Positions 25,809 to 35,871 of a stretch of DNA of 64,000 nucleotides are shown piece by piece. A program made the translations under genes and the position numbers. Positions within the stretch are counted from its first letter, which is position 1; the number at the start of each line of letters is the position of its first letter. Source of the stretch: a virus; IMG/VR virus record IMGVR_UViG_3300037316_000027, positions 1 through 64,000 of that record; one strand, written 5' to 3'. Under the pieces are notes generated by a model, which saw only the letters and a program-made list of their open reading frames with translations, ran no database searches and was not told the origin of the DNA.

Positions 25809-26128
25809 GGGAGACACCTTTCGGCTTTGTTGATGATCCACTGTGGCACGTGTTTCTCGATAGCCTCAGCCCGAGCTTCGGCCCGTGAGTGCGTTATGAG
25901 ATAGGCCCTGATCTTGTCGCAGAGTGAGTTCATTTCGTTGCACGGGGTCCAGCCTGAAGACATGGCTTCGTACCGTGCGGCTCCGTAACAGGTCCACACG
26001 TCTTCGTCAGCGTGCGCGGGCCGCGCCATCGCGCATGCGCCGATTGCCAATAGCGCAGCGAGCGCAAGGAAGAGCGCCCACGGAAACAAACCCCTGATGC
26101 TAGGAGGAACGTCTTTCAACTTCATCAT
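25805..26128 (-). CDS. secreted or membrane-anchored Cys-containing protein
   Basis: Hydrophobic segment ending in AHA; ATGA coupling. Confidence 0.5.
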   Translation of the reverse strand: MMKLKDVPPSIRGLFPWALFLALAALLAIGACAMARPAHADEDVWTCYGAARYEAMSSGWTPCNEMNSLCDKIRAYLITHSRAEARAEAIEKHVPQWIINKAERCLP

Positions 26129-26763
26129 GCTTTTAGCCCCGCAAGTGGTCTTGGCGTGTGCTGATCGACAATATCCGTCCGAAGCCAAGTCTCGGTCGGT
26201 GTCCCAAACTGTTCTTGCGTCCATCCCCCGTAACATCTCACGTAAGGCTGCAACTCTTTCATGTGGGCGTTCCAGCCCCGGCGGAAACCGTGCGCCGCGT
26301 TCCACGGCTGGTCGCGAACGAAGTGCTTGCCCTCTACCGTCATGTGGACGCCGCACGTGATGACATGAACGAACCCCAACTCGCGGGCGATCTTTACACA
26401 AAAGAGGCCGGTCGAGCCGGACCAGTCTCGGGTCCAGTGCGTGACAGCCCCTTCGTAGTTCCGATGAGCCCAGACTTTCTCCGGTACGTTGAGCCCCGCT
26501 GCCCTGCGACGCGGGAGCCAGATAGAGAGCTTGTCCGGGTGCAACGTGATCGCATGCATGATGTCTTCCGGGAATTTTTCTATCATGTCATTGCCCGCGA
26601 AGATAGTGATAGTTCGCTCAGCCCTCGCGCAGAGTTCCTTCGCCTGTGCGTATTCAGCGAACGGGTCGCCGCCGCCACACATGACAACGGCGACATCTTG
26701 CCGCGTCGGCGACAGGGCGCGCGGAGGCGGCGCGATCGGCGGACGCATGATACGCAGGGTCAT
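26125..26763 (-). CDS. hypothetical protein, possible glycan-modifying enzyme
   Basis: VVMCGG, AGND, GSTGLFCVKIA..LGF..VITCGV pattern is like Rossmann-type transferases. Confidence 0.5.
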   Translation of the reverse strand: MTLRIMRPPIAPPPRALSPTRQDVAVVMCGGGDPFAEYAQAKELCARAERTITIFAGNDMIEKFPEDIMHAITLHPDKLSIWLPRRRAAGLNVPEKVWAHRNYEGAVTHWTRDWSGSTGLFCVKIARELGFVHVITCGVHMTVEGKHFVRDQPWNAAHGFRRGWNAHMKELQPYVRCYGGWTQEQFGTPTETWLRTDIVDQHTPRPLAGLKA

Positions 26764-27710
26764 GCCTTGTCCCTAATCTGTATACAAGTTTCGGAGACAA
26801 ACCCCTCTACCGCGCCCCGAGCGAAGTCCATATTAAGGCTTTTGTCGCAGACTTTCCGACACTGGGAAGTCCAGCACGTGCACGAGACCCTAGGGCCGAT
26901 TGCCATGTAGGGTGCGAACTTCTTTCCGGCATCGTGACAGCGCGGGTCTTCGTAACCGCCGACGATCGAGAGCGTCGGCGTCCCAACCGCCGGCCCGAGG
27001 ACAGCCGCGAAGCCACTTGACGTGAAGACGAGATCGGATTGCTTGAACAAGGCAGCTAGAGCTTCGAATACAAGCTCACCGTGATGGAAACTCAGGTCCG
27101 CTTTAGTTTCCGGTCCGACGATCCATTCCTTCCCGTCACAAAGGTCTGCGACCGATATCGTGAAGAACTTCTCTCGGACGATTTCGAAAAGCTCGGCGTA
27201 AGCAGCTTGATCAGCATTGCGTGCGATGCTACCACGCCATTCCGGGCGCGCGACCAAGGGTCTGTATACGCACCACGGTCGCTCAGAAGCGATTTGCGGA
27301 AGTGGTCCGAGTTGCTTGAACAATAGTCCAGTCCAAGCATCAGGGACAGGGAGAGTAAAGTCCGCCGTGGCGAAATCGGTGCCGGTAACATTGCACATAA
27401 CCTCAAGGATTGTTTTGCTGGGCGTCTGTAGCACTTGTTGGCCGCCGTAGGCAATACGCATCCCGGCGCTCCGGGTGAGTGGGTGACGCGCCGTGAATTT
27501 GTCCGCCTCGCGCTGCTCATTCTTCATCTGGGTCCGCAGAGCGATGCCGCGACGCACGACGATCAGGCCCTCGGCAATCAGGTCGTGATACATCGCAGGC
27601 CATGGGGTCATGAGAGTGACGGTGTGACGTTGCATGAGCTGCCGCAGGACCGCGCGCTGATGCAGACAGTCGCCGAGCCCTCCCATGCCTTGGATGAAGA
27701 GCGGCATCAC
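26760..27710 (-). CDS. GT9-like (heptosyltransferase-type) glycosyltransferase
   Basis: GLGDCL N-terminal motif; LAALFKQSDLV..SSGF..LGPAVGTPTL.I.GG; C-terminal CxC..C. Confidence 0.75.
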   Translation of the reverse strand: MMPLFIQGMGGLGDCLHQRAVLRQLMQRHTVTLMTPWPAMYHDLIAEGLIVVRRGIALRTQMKNEQREADKFTARHPLTRSAGMRIAYGGQQVLQTPSKTILEVMCNVTGTDFATADFTLPVPDAWTGLLFKQLGPLPQIASERPWCVYRPLVARPEWRGSIARNADQAAYAELFEIVREKFFTISVADLCDGKEWIVGPETKADLSFHHGELVFEALAALFKQSDLVFTSSGFAAVLGPAVGTPTLSIVGGYEDPRCHDAGKKFAPYMAIGPRVSCTCWTSQCRKVCDKSLNMDFARGAVEGFVSETCIQIRDKA

Positions 27711-27905
27711 TCAATTACCCCACTGATATGTGTAGGTCGGTTGTTCAGGTTTCGCTACGGCACGTGGTCGGTTCTGCTCTACTGGAGGCAACGAAAAATC
27801 CCGCGCTGCTTTGAGCATCGCGAGATAGTCGCCACCATGAAAGTAGAGCATCGACGCCGTCAGAAACGCCGACAGAGGAATTTGCCAGCGCATCCCGACC
27901 TCCGG

Positions 27906-28280
27906 TCACCCATGAGTAATAGTCGCCGAAGTGATCGTGACCGGCTGGCCGGCAACGATGTTCGTGCTCGACAGCACGATGTCCGACGCCGAAACGCCGA
28001 CCGTCAGTCCGGAGACGATTACAGTGCCGCCGCCATTGACAGCGGTCGAAATCGTTGCCGCGACTGCGGTGCCCGAGGCGTTCGCGCTCGCCTCGGTCAG
28101 CGGAGTGCTGCCGAAGGTCAGGACACCGCCGGTCACGGTGCCCGCCGGGTTCGCCAACGCGATCGACGCCAGAAGCGTCGGGACCGAGTTGAAGATGTTG
28201 AGATAGCCCGTCGTGCCGATCGCGGTGACGACATCCGTCATTCGGGTATTCTTTAGCGTAGCATTGTAGTTGACTGCCAT
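27906..28280 (-). CDS. virion structural protein (tail tip / fibre-associated)
   Basis: T/S/G/A-rich beta protein with GGAGG SD, in the tail block. Confidence 0.65.
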   Translation of the reverse strand: MAVNYNATLKNTRMTDVVTAIGTTGYLNIFNSVPTLLASIALANPAGTVTGGVLTFGSTPLTEASANASGTAVAATISTAVNGGGTVIVSGLTVGVSASDIVLSSTNIVAGQPVTITSATITHG

Positions 28281-28296
28281 GGTGGCCTCCTATCAA

Positions 28297-29295
28297 TCAG
28301 GTTGTAAAGAACGTACGGCGGGGGCGAACCTGAGTAACGCCAGCGCCAAGAGCTGAGAAACGATCCTGCGCATCGGTAGCGGCGAGAGGACCTAGGACCG
28401 GCGTAACGCCGATCACTGCAAAAACATCCGGAGCTTCAGTCACGGTCAGCGTGCCGTTCACGCCTAGCCCGACCCCGAGCGCGAGAAAGATGTCCTGCGC
28501 CTCAGTTGCGGTCAGTGGACCTAGGGTCGGTTTGTAGCCGAAGGCGTTAAACACGTCGGCCGTCTCACGAGCTACCATCGGGCCGAAGGACGGGATGTTA
28601 CCGAGAGCATTAAACGCGTCGGCGGTTTCGACAGCTTCTACCTGTCCGATGATCCCGAACGCACCGGGATATCCGATGAACACCATCGTATCGGTCGGGT
28701 CGGTCGCGGCCAGCGTTCCTGTCTCTCCAGCGATACCATCCCACGGATTGAAGCCGGACGGCGCGGGATACGCGAATGTCGGCGAGGGGTAGTCGCCGCC
28801 GTCGATCGTGGTCGTGCACGGGTTGAACTGGAGCCACACATAAGGGAAGATCGGCGTTACCAAGGTCGAGAGAGAATGACCGCCCGTATTCGTCGATGGA
28901 TTAGCCGTGCCGCTGCCGTTCCAGTTGCCGCCGTCGTACCTAATCCAAAAAGACGAGTTGTCAAGATCGACCGCGAAGTCGATGATATGGCCCGTTGGAT
29001 TTACGCCGCCGAAATCGCTAAAGCTGCTGCTGTCCGGTTGATGAGTAATGCCGCTGGCATCAAGAGCGAACTGCCCATTGCCGCCGAGTGTGTCGCCGGC
29101 CGCCGCAAACCCGAGACGCGCGCCATACGGAAACGAGATGTTTGAATACTCAAGAAACCATTTGCCGGTCGAGTGTGAGACCGTGGCGCGCACGCCCTCA
29201 TTGCCCGACCCCGAACCCGACGTTGCTGTGTGGTCGGTATCGGAGAGGGCGATGTGGGCGGTTATATCGCCTGAGTTCCAGACTGTGTTAGTCAT
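28297..29295 (-). CDS. tail fibre-like protein: SPRY/ConA-like domain plus ~21-aa repeats
   Basis: VRAT....TGKWFLE, FAVDLD; repeats of G.L.ATE..D.F...G. Confidence 0.65.
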   Translation of the reverse strand: MTNTVWNSGDITAHIALSDTDHTATSGSGSGNEGVRATVSHSTGKWFLEYSNISFPYGARLGFAAAGDTLGGNGQFALDASGITHQPDSSSFSDFGGVNPTGHIIDFAVDLDNSSFWIRYDGGNWNGSGTANPSTNTGGHSLSTLVTPIFPYVWLQFNPCTTTIDGGDYPSPTFAYPAPSGFNPWDGIAGETGTLAATDPTDTMVFIGYPGAFGIIGQVEAVETADAFNALGNIPSFGPMVARETADVFNAFGYKPTLGPLTATEAQDIFLALGVGLGVNGTLTVTEAPDVFAVIGVTPVLGPLAATDAQDRFSALGAGVTQVRPRRTFFTT

Positions 29296-29302
29296 GCGAG
29301 GC

Positions 29303-30145
29303 TCAGGTCAGGGGAGCGACGAACGTGAACGATATGTTCGCGTGAGTTGTGTCGGGAACAGCGGGCGCGACAAAGGTGATAAGGTCTCCGTAGACGAAAG
29401 TGATATCGGTAGGGAAAGTCACGTCAATCGCCGAACCGTTGAAGACGAGGGTCCCGATGGGGCTCCCGTTTTTGTTGATCGTGTAAACAGTGTCCGCCGT
29501 CGCCGTGGTCAGATTGTAGAACTTCGAACCCGCCAGCCCGGCAGGCAGCGTCATATTATCGACGACGCCGTACAGCAGGAGCGTTTCACCCGGGAGCGGC
29601 CGGCCTTCGACGAAGAGCGCCAAGCGCAGACGATCATCCACCCATGCTGTTACATAGTCCGTGTCGCTGCTCTTGATGAGTTTCTGTCCGGTAGTGCCAC
29701 CAGCCGGCAGCGCGGCGGCGGGCTGTTGCAGTACGAGGTTGTAGAGATTATGTCCGTTACCATCCGTCGCGAATGCGGAGAACGTCGCTCCGCTCGTGTG
29801 CGGGATGGTGATGAGATAGAGCGAACCGCCGTTCGTGACGAGATCGTAAGCGTTGTAGGCCGTCGCCGCTGTCCACGGACCTTTCGGGTCCCACTGCGCA
29901 GTCGGGATCGTGAAGGGACCTAGCACGGCATGGTTCGTCAAATGAATGAAGAAGAGATTGCCGCCGGAGGGTTGATTGATATAATCAATCCCCGCGCCGC
30001 CTGCATCGGCATGATCTTCGAGCGCCTGCAACGCAGAAAACAGCGTCCAGAAATTCAAATCGACTTGCACAGCCGAAAGGTCTGACCCGAGGCCGCCGCC
30101 CCAACGTGTTCCGTCCGCTGTGCGGTATGTGAGGGTGGCTACCAT
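29303..30145 (-). CDS. tail fibre / receptor-binding protein with a CBM5/12-like module
   Basis: W.AATAY.AYDLVT.GGSLY....HTS; LPAGGTTGQ.L.K.S.TDY...W. Confidence 0.7.
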   Translation of the reverse strand: MVATLTYRTADGTRWGGGLGSDLSAVQVDLNFWTLFSALQALEDHADAGGAGIDYINQPSGGNLFFIHLTNHAVLGPFTIPTAQWDPKGPWTAATAYNAYDLVTNGGSLYLITIPHTSGATFSAFATDGNGHNLYNLVLQQPAAALPAGGTTGQKLIKSSDTDYVTAWVDDRLRLALFVEGRPLPGETLLLYGVVDNMTLPAGLAGSKFYNLTTATADTVYTINKNGSPIGTLVFNGSAIDVTFPTDITFVYGDLITFVAPAVPDTTHANISFTFVAPLT

Positions 30146-30190
30146 GTGGGTGATCCTTTATGTGTTGTTAACCATATTTCCGGGCCAAGG

Positions 30191-31771
30191 TCAAGCACTT
30201 GATGCCTTGAGCTTGGGATTGAAGGCGTCGGACGTGTCCCACTTCGACGGGTCCAGTTGCGCGACGCCGATCACGAGCGCGAACGCGGGGACCTCGCCGT
30301 CGAGCGTCCCCCAGTGTCCAATCCAGTAGCCGGGGCTCATCCCGCCCAAGAAACATCCGGCCCCTTGCACAGGAGAAGTCAATTCATTCGGCAGGGGGAC
30401 CCCGAAATCAGTCGTGGGGTAGCTGTACGTGCGCGGGATATTTCCGTTGCCAAACCTCTGGAGCGGAGGCCAATCGATATACCAATATAGGTTCGTTAGT
30501 GTGCCAGCCGCTCCAGCCATCTCTTCGTTCCATGCGTTGGATGTCCCGTTCCACGCGTTTAGGTACGCGTTCGCGACTTGCGCCTGTAACGCAGTGGACT
30601 GCGACCCCGCTGTCCATTTTCCTGCCGGGTCCGGAGGCGGGATGAGCGCAGGCGGCTCGACCTTCGAGAGTTGCCAGATGTCTGGCGTGCCACTGACGCC
30701 CGGGTCACAGTAGTTCTTGTTGCGGCCGTCTTGTGCGCCCGGATCAATGCGCGTGTCGGTGAAGTCGATCACGCCCCAGTCAACTCCGATCTGGCCGTGC
30801 TCAATTGCATCGTCGAGCGTCGCGAACCCGATAGGGTCGAGCGCCGGTCCCGGGTGATGTAGTCCGATGCTACCTTCCGTCCCGTTGTCATAGCCGACGC
30901 CAACGTTCGGGAGGCGTTGCCACGTTTCGGTAGACGGCGTTCCGGCGAAACTACTGTCGGCGGGATTGCCGACCCAGATGTATTGCCCGTTGTCGGTGAA
31001 CAAGCTCCACTGATACGGTTGCTGGATCGGCGTGAATGTGTACCACGGGCCGCTCTTCAGGCTCGTCGCGCGGGGCCACCAAAGCGGCCCACATGCGATC
31101 TTTGTATTTCCACTCATCGCACCCTTGCTGCTCGGCGGAAAGAAAATGTAGACCGAAGGGTCGGTATTATCCGGCGGGATGGTGACGTTCGGCACATAGT
31201 TCTGCGGCGTGCAGTAGGTCGAGGCCCGCCCTGTCCCTGAGCCGTCGTCACTCGACGGCAGATTGAGGACCATCTCTTCGCCCCTGACTTTCTTGAAGGA
31301 CATCGTATCACATCGGGTGACGGTGAGATAAGGCGACGTTTTGTCGGTAGGGTCACTATATATTTTCTCATCGTGAACACGACGAGTTGCACTTCGGCTA
31401 CCAGTGTCGGTCGTCGAGTTGTAGACATCGCTGTCGTCCGGAAAACTCAAAATCCACTCTTGACCATTCTGATCATTGAACGCGATTGCGTCCAGAACTT
31501 CGATGTCGAAAATCTGAGAACTATCGAACGAACCAGTGAGCCTTTTCATGAGCGAGCGCCGGGTAGCACCGGGCGTGGATTTACTATTGCCGTCTCCGGT
31601 TTGATCGATGATGTACGGCCTAGCCTCAGCCCCCGGAACGTTCATCACAATTTCTTCGCCGCGCTTGGTCTTGAACGAGATCGCGTCAAGCACTTCGATA
31701 TCCATCCAGACATCGCTCGTAGCACCGTGAACACGAACGATGTGAGTTCGACGTTTGAAGCCGCCCGTCAT
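30191..31771 (-). CDS. tail tip protein with N-terminal internal repeats
   Basis: Repeated DIEVLDAI.F and ATRR segments; in the tail block. Confidence 0.6.
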   Translation of the reverse strand: MTGGFKRRTHIVRVHGATSDVWMDIEVLDAISFKTKRGEEIVMNVPGAEARPYIIDQTGDGNSKSTPGATRRSLMKRLTGSFDSSQIFDIEVLDAIAFNDQNGQEWILSFPDDSDVYNSTTDTGSRSATRRVHDEKIYSDPTDKTSPYLTVTRCDTMSFKKVRGEEMVLNLPSSDDGSGTGRASTYCTPQNYVPNVTIPPDNTDPSVYIFFPPSSKGAMSGNTKIACGPLWWPRATSLKSGPWYTFTPIQQPYQWSLFTDNGQYIWVGNPADSSFAGTPSTETWQRLPNVGVGYDNGTEGSIGLHHPGPALDPIGFATLDDAIEHGQIGVDWGVIDFTDTRIDPGAQDGRNKNYCDPGVSGTPDIWQLSKVEPPALIPPPDPAGKWTAGSQSTALQAQVANAYLNAWNGTSNAWNEEMAGAAGTLTNLYWYIDWPPLQRFGNGNIPRTYSYPTTDFGVPLPNELTSPVQGAGCFLGGMSPGYWIGHWGTLDGEVPAFALVIGVAQLDPSKWDTSDAFNPKLKASSA

Positions 31772-32004
31772 TGGGCCATCTTTCCGGTCGTCATATCAAA
31801 CGCAGTAGACGGAGCCTCTGTGTGGACGGCGGCCATGTAGGAAGAGAGGTTCGTGCTGTGGCTGAAAGGGAACGTCTTCGTTCCACCTACAAGGCCGACC
31901 GCCAACCGAACAGGGGGCGCACTCGCGCTGTTGCCCGGATGGAAGGGCATCGGCGCGGTATTCTCCCCGACGAACGGGCGAATGATGCCTTCAAGACCCG
32001 CCAT
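31768..32004 (-). CDS. small tail-associated protein
   Basis: GGAG SD; ATGA coupling. Confidence 0.55.
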   Translation of the reverse strand: MAGLEGIIRPFVGENTAPMPFHPGNSASAPPVRLAVGLVGGTKTFPFSHSTNLSSYMAAVHTEAPSTAFDMTTGKMAQ

Positions 32005-32202
32005 TTAACTTCTCCTGTTGCGGTGGGCGATGCGTGAATACGATAGCCGCTGCTTCCCGGACTTTGGGCGGCGCAGGACTGAGGTCTAAACGCGGACCAG
32101 CATTGATATCGGTATCGCCCTTGAAGCGACCGATGCTGAGGTTGGGAGCTATCAGCCCAGTACGCTTGGGAGCGGCGGGTCGCCGATTGAGTGCAGTAGG
32201 GA

Positions 32203-34788
32203 TCATGGCGACGACGGTGCCTCCAGATTGATGCCTTGCTTCACCACGAGCGGCGAAACGTTGATCGCATACGACCCGCCGAACGGCCCGTTGCCCGCGC
32301 ATGGCTTGAGCAAGCACGACCAAGAGATCGGGTTCGCCGCCATCACGTAGGGCGTGTTCTGACTGAATAGCGCCAGTTGCTCGCGCAGAATTTTCCATGA
32401 CACGTCCGGCGGGACGCCCGTAGTAGTCGTCGTCGGGTTGGCAGTGCCGCCTTGGGTGACGCCGACCGAGCCGCCGCTCTCGTTCAAGAACTGAAGTTGA
32501 ACGGCAGCGGCGAACGAGCCGGTGATCGCAGCCGCTTGCGATGCAAGATCATTGCTCAAGATGCCGCCGTCGCTAATGTCTTCCCAACGCAGCGGGAAGA
32601 TCAGGCCGTCGTCGAACCCCTGAAAAACAGGAAGCGAGAATGTAGTGTCTCCGCTGCCGTGTGCCAGCATCGCGTTGTCGTAAATCTGGTAGCCATTCTG
32701 CACATAGCCAGCCGTGACGTATTCCGGCGTTCCCGTGATCTCCGCAATGCCCTCGCCGAAACCAATGGCGCATTCGATCTGGACTTTGCCAATTACCTTG
32801 CCGTCGCTGCCCGACAAGCTGTAGCTCGTGACTTTGCCATTCGCCGCGCCGCCGGGAATACGTGGGTCGAACAGCGTCGCGTTCATACGGCACGACAGCG
32901 CGACCGCGTCGCGGAAGCGACACTCCCAACCTACCTTGACAGCGCGAGAGCGATAGCGCAGCCGGGCGCGAGCACGACTGATCACGTATTGAACGCTATC
33001 GATGCCCCGCGCGGTAGGGAAGTAATCGCGCGCTGTAACGTTATCGGGCGTGCCGCCGATCGGGATACCAATCAGCGCGGGTGACGTGCCGAGCACAGTC
33101 CACGTGGCCGAGCCGTCCGTGATGATGGTCCCCACGCTGGTCCTGAAAGTAGGCGGCGAAACATAGTCGATATGCCTGATTGCCGGGGTAGGCTCAACGT
33201 TCGAAAAGACCGGCGGAGTGTACGAGAAGATCGTGTAGACGCCATTGGTCTGGCCCGCCCCAGTGCAGAGGTAGTAACTCGTTGCGCCCGGGACATCTTC
33301 GAACGCTCCGGTGTTGATATTGAAAAACTGATCCTGTAGCAGCATGATCTGCCCAAGCGGAACGAACGCGCCGGGCGACCACTTCGACGCCTCTGTAACG
33401 CTCTGCGTGCCGAGGCTAGCCCACGTCACGCCATTGTCTACCGTAACCGCGCCGGGGATGTCGCTGAAAACTGGCTCAGTCGTGCCGGCGGTGCCGGCGA
33501 CGACGCAAACCTGATACGATAGGCCGCCCGGCGTTGTCGGGTTGTTCGGAAAGATGGTTTGCGCGAGGCCGACAGCTTGTCCGGCGAAATCTGTCCACGC
33601 ATCGACTTCGATAAGCGGCTGCCCGATATCAACTGAAGAGAGTGTCAGCAATTCAGTGTGCTGATCGACTAGCGGGGATGCGAGGATACCCTGCACGCTC
33701 GCGAGCATGTCAAACGAGAGCACTTCGGAGAACTGACGGTTCGCATCGTAGCGCATCGTCATATCGAGCGCCACGCTCCACTGTGGGATGATGACGCCGC
33801 TGCACGAACTCTCCATCGGGGTATTCGTCGGTGGATCGCTGTCCGGGAAACAGACGCCAGACTTGTAGTAGCTCGTGAGCACGTTCTGCAACGGGCTAGG
33901 CGCGAGCAGCGCCGGGCCGCTCGACGAGGTAGAGGCCGATGCGTTCGAACACTGGCCCGGGTTCGGGTCCGTGTTCGTCCAGTTGTAATTGTAACTCGTG
34001 GTCGGCGTCTGCGACACGAAGTAGATGTCCGTAACGAAACTGCCCTCGCACTTGTAGCCGCCTCCGATGCCTGCGCCCGGCTTCGGCCAGTCACTCATCA
34101 ATGTCTCGCCCGTGTAGCTGGAGGCGTACACAGTCGGCACGACGAAGTAACCGGAGCTGCGCTGGGTCCAGTTGACCGTCGCTTCGACGCGGATGTTGTC
34201 GAGTGGGGGCTGACCCAGTTGCAGCGACACGCTGTTATAGAACGCCAAGTCTTCCGTATAGGTGATCGTACCGTCTTCACCTTCGAGGATATCGCTAGCC
34301 GTGATATCGAGTGTCAGCCGATCGATGTGCCAGAGAGCCGACCAGCCTTCGAGGATCGTATCAGGGTCGTCGCGCTTCGCCGGCTCGATCCAGATCGGAT
34401 CGTAGTAGGGGAACGACTTCATGGTTTCAGCAAGCGCTTGCTTGTTCCGGATGAACTGCGGCGAACGCGCGATGAATTGGAGGGTGACTTTTTCTTGGAA
34501 CAAGTTGGTAGGCACACCAACGAGCACGCCGAAGAAGAGGGGCACAAGCGCCCCTGCGTAAGTCGGGTCATCGGCCGGGCTCTGCCATGCAAACCATACC
34601 CACACCTTGCGGCCCGGTGCGAGCAGCCCGATACGTGGGTTCTTCACGATCACGTCCAGCGTCGGGTGCTGCCCTTCGTCATGCTGAATGACGAACGAGA
34701 AAAGGTCCTCGTCGAACACATTCATCGTGCTCGCGTTGAACGTCGTCTCGCTCTCATCGGCGTAGTAGAATGTAAACGGGAGGGTCAT
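32203..34788 (-). CDS. tail tip / baseplate hub protein
   Basis: ~860 aa downstream of the tape measure and Dit-like genes; PLFFG.LVG.P, GTTEP.F..DNGVTW. Confidence 0.7.
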   Translation of the reverse strand: MTLPFTFYYADESETTFNASTMNVFDEDLFSFVIQHDEGQHPTLDVIVKNPRIGLLAPGRKVWVWFAWQSPADDPTYAGALVPLFFGVLVGVPTNLFQEKVTLQFIARSPQFIRNKQALAETMKSFPYYDPIWIEPAKRDDPDTILEGWSALWHIDRLTLDITASDILEGEDGTITYTEDLAFYNSVSLQLGQPPLDNIRVEATVNWTQRSSGYFVVPTVYASSYTGETLMSDWPKPGAGIGGGYKCEGSFVTDIYFVSQTPTTSYNYNWTNTDPNPGQCSNASASTSSSGPALLAPSPLQNVLTSYYKSGVCFPDSDPPTNTPMESSCSGVIIPQWSVALDMTMRYDANRQFSEVLSFDMLASVQGILASPLVDQHTELLTLSSVDIGQPLIEVDAWTDFAGQAVGLAQTIFPNNPTTPGGLSYQVCVVAGTAGTTEPVFSDIPGAVTVDNGVTWASLGTQSVTEASKWSPGAFVPLGQIMLLQDQFFNINTGAFEDVPGATSYYLCTGAGQTNGVYTIFSYTPPVFSNVEPTPAIRHIDYVSPPTFRTSVGTIITDGSATWTVLGTSPALIGIPIGGTPDNVTARDYFPTARGIDSVQYVISRARARLRYRSRAVKVGWECRFRDAVALSCRMNATLFDPRIPGGAANGKVTSYSLSGSDGKVIGKVQIECAIGFGEGIAEITGTPEYVTAGYVQNGYQIYDNAMLAHGSGDTTFSLPVFQGFDDGLIFPLRWEDISDGGILSNDLASQAAAITGSFAAAVQLQFLNESGGSVGVTQGGTANPTTTTTGVPPDVSWKILREQLALFSQNTPYVMAANPISWSCLLKPCAGNGPFGGSYAINVSPLVVKQGINLEAPSSP

Positions 34789-35017
34789 GTGACGATGTCG
34801 CTCCAATTGGTGTCAGGGCCGAAAGGCCCAAACCCTAGCGCCTCTGATGCCGCGTAGCGGCTGATCTCGGTAGCAATCGCACCAGTGACGTAGTCGATCG
34901 CCTGTTGTCGCGTCAGTCCGGAGGGCACATTGACTGTGATGCCCGTGCATAGACTGAAGTCGGTGCGTGGATCGACGATCACGCATCGGAAATTTTTCCT
35001 TACCATCACCGGGAGGG

Positions 35018-35401
35018 TCATTTTGTTTTCACTCTAATGCTGCGCGGGTCGAGCGCGATGATCTCGCGCTTATCTGCCCGCATCAGCGCGTCGTGCCCCA
35101 TCGCCCGGTATTTATCGAGCTGTGCCTTTTCGTATCCAATCCATTCCATCGTATCGTCGTCCAAAATCTTTGGGTTGCGCGGCGCGAACTCCGCCTCAAG
35201 AACGCGGGCTGGCTCCCCGGTTACTTCGGACCGCGTCTTGGCGTAGTTGCGGGCGTCCCCGAGGTTGCTCGTAAAGAACGGGCTATGCGGCACTCCGCTT
35301 GCGCCGGCAGTGCCGTGAAAGACGCGGGTTCTGCCGACACTCTCGACGCCTTGCGAATGCAGGCCCTTCCCGTCGCTCCCGTGGCCCAGTGCGTCCTTCA
35401 T
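35018..35401 (-). CDS. small ADP-ribosyltransferase-like protein
   Basis: VFHGT...FFTSN...ARNYA...NPKI...GHDAL...EII pattern of phage ART-like domains. Confidence 0.5.
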   Translation of the reverse strand: MKDALGHGSDGKGLHSQGVESVGRTRVFHGTAGASGVPHSPFFTSNLGDARNYAKTRSEVTGEPARVLEAEFAPRNPKILDDDTMEWIGYEKAQLDKYRAMGHDALMRADKREIIALDPRSIRVKTK

Positions 35402-35871
35402 CAGACTTCCTCCAGATCGAGCGTCCAGCCAACCACGCACTTCCACTCGTCGAAGTGTTGCTCGACTTTCTTGACCATCATAGTCAGCTCCGGGCGATAG
35501 AACGTGTAGGCTCCGAGGACGTAGGATGAGCCGGAGACTTCCGGCCTGTTATGAGGGCCATTGCCGCCGGACGTGAGGTAAGCGAGCGTGACCCCGCACT
35601 GCACGGTCACGATCATTCCGGGCCAGACACCATCAAGCGGCGGTGCGTCAGTGTCGTTGGGTGAGTTGATCGTCGAAGAGTATTTGCGAAATTGCGGGGC
35701 CGAGATATCGACTAGGGTGCCATTGATCGTGCGCTCCTGTTGAGTGGCCTCGCCGATCACTTCGAGTGTCTGGCTGAGACCACGGGCTTGATACAGCATG
35801 TCTCCAAACGACGAGATCGTCAGGAGCGTGTCGCTATTCGCGGGAAGAACGTTTTCAAATCCACCACTCAT
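35401..35871 (-). CDS. distal tail (Dit-like) protein
   Basis: Directly after the tape measure; RTING.LVD.S..QFRKY.S, YRP.L.M.V, W.L.LEEV. Confidence 0.7.
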   Translation of the reverse strand: MSGGFENVLPANSDTLLTISSFGDMLYQARGLSQTLEVIGEATQQERTINGTLVDISAPQFRKYSSTINSPNDTDAPPLDGVWPGMIVTVQCGVTLAYLTSGGNGPHNRPEVSGSSYVLGAYTFYRPELTMMVKKVEQHFDEWKCVVGWTLDLEEV

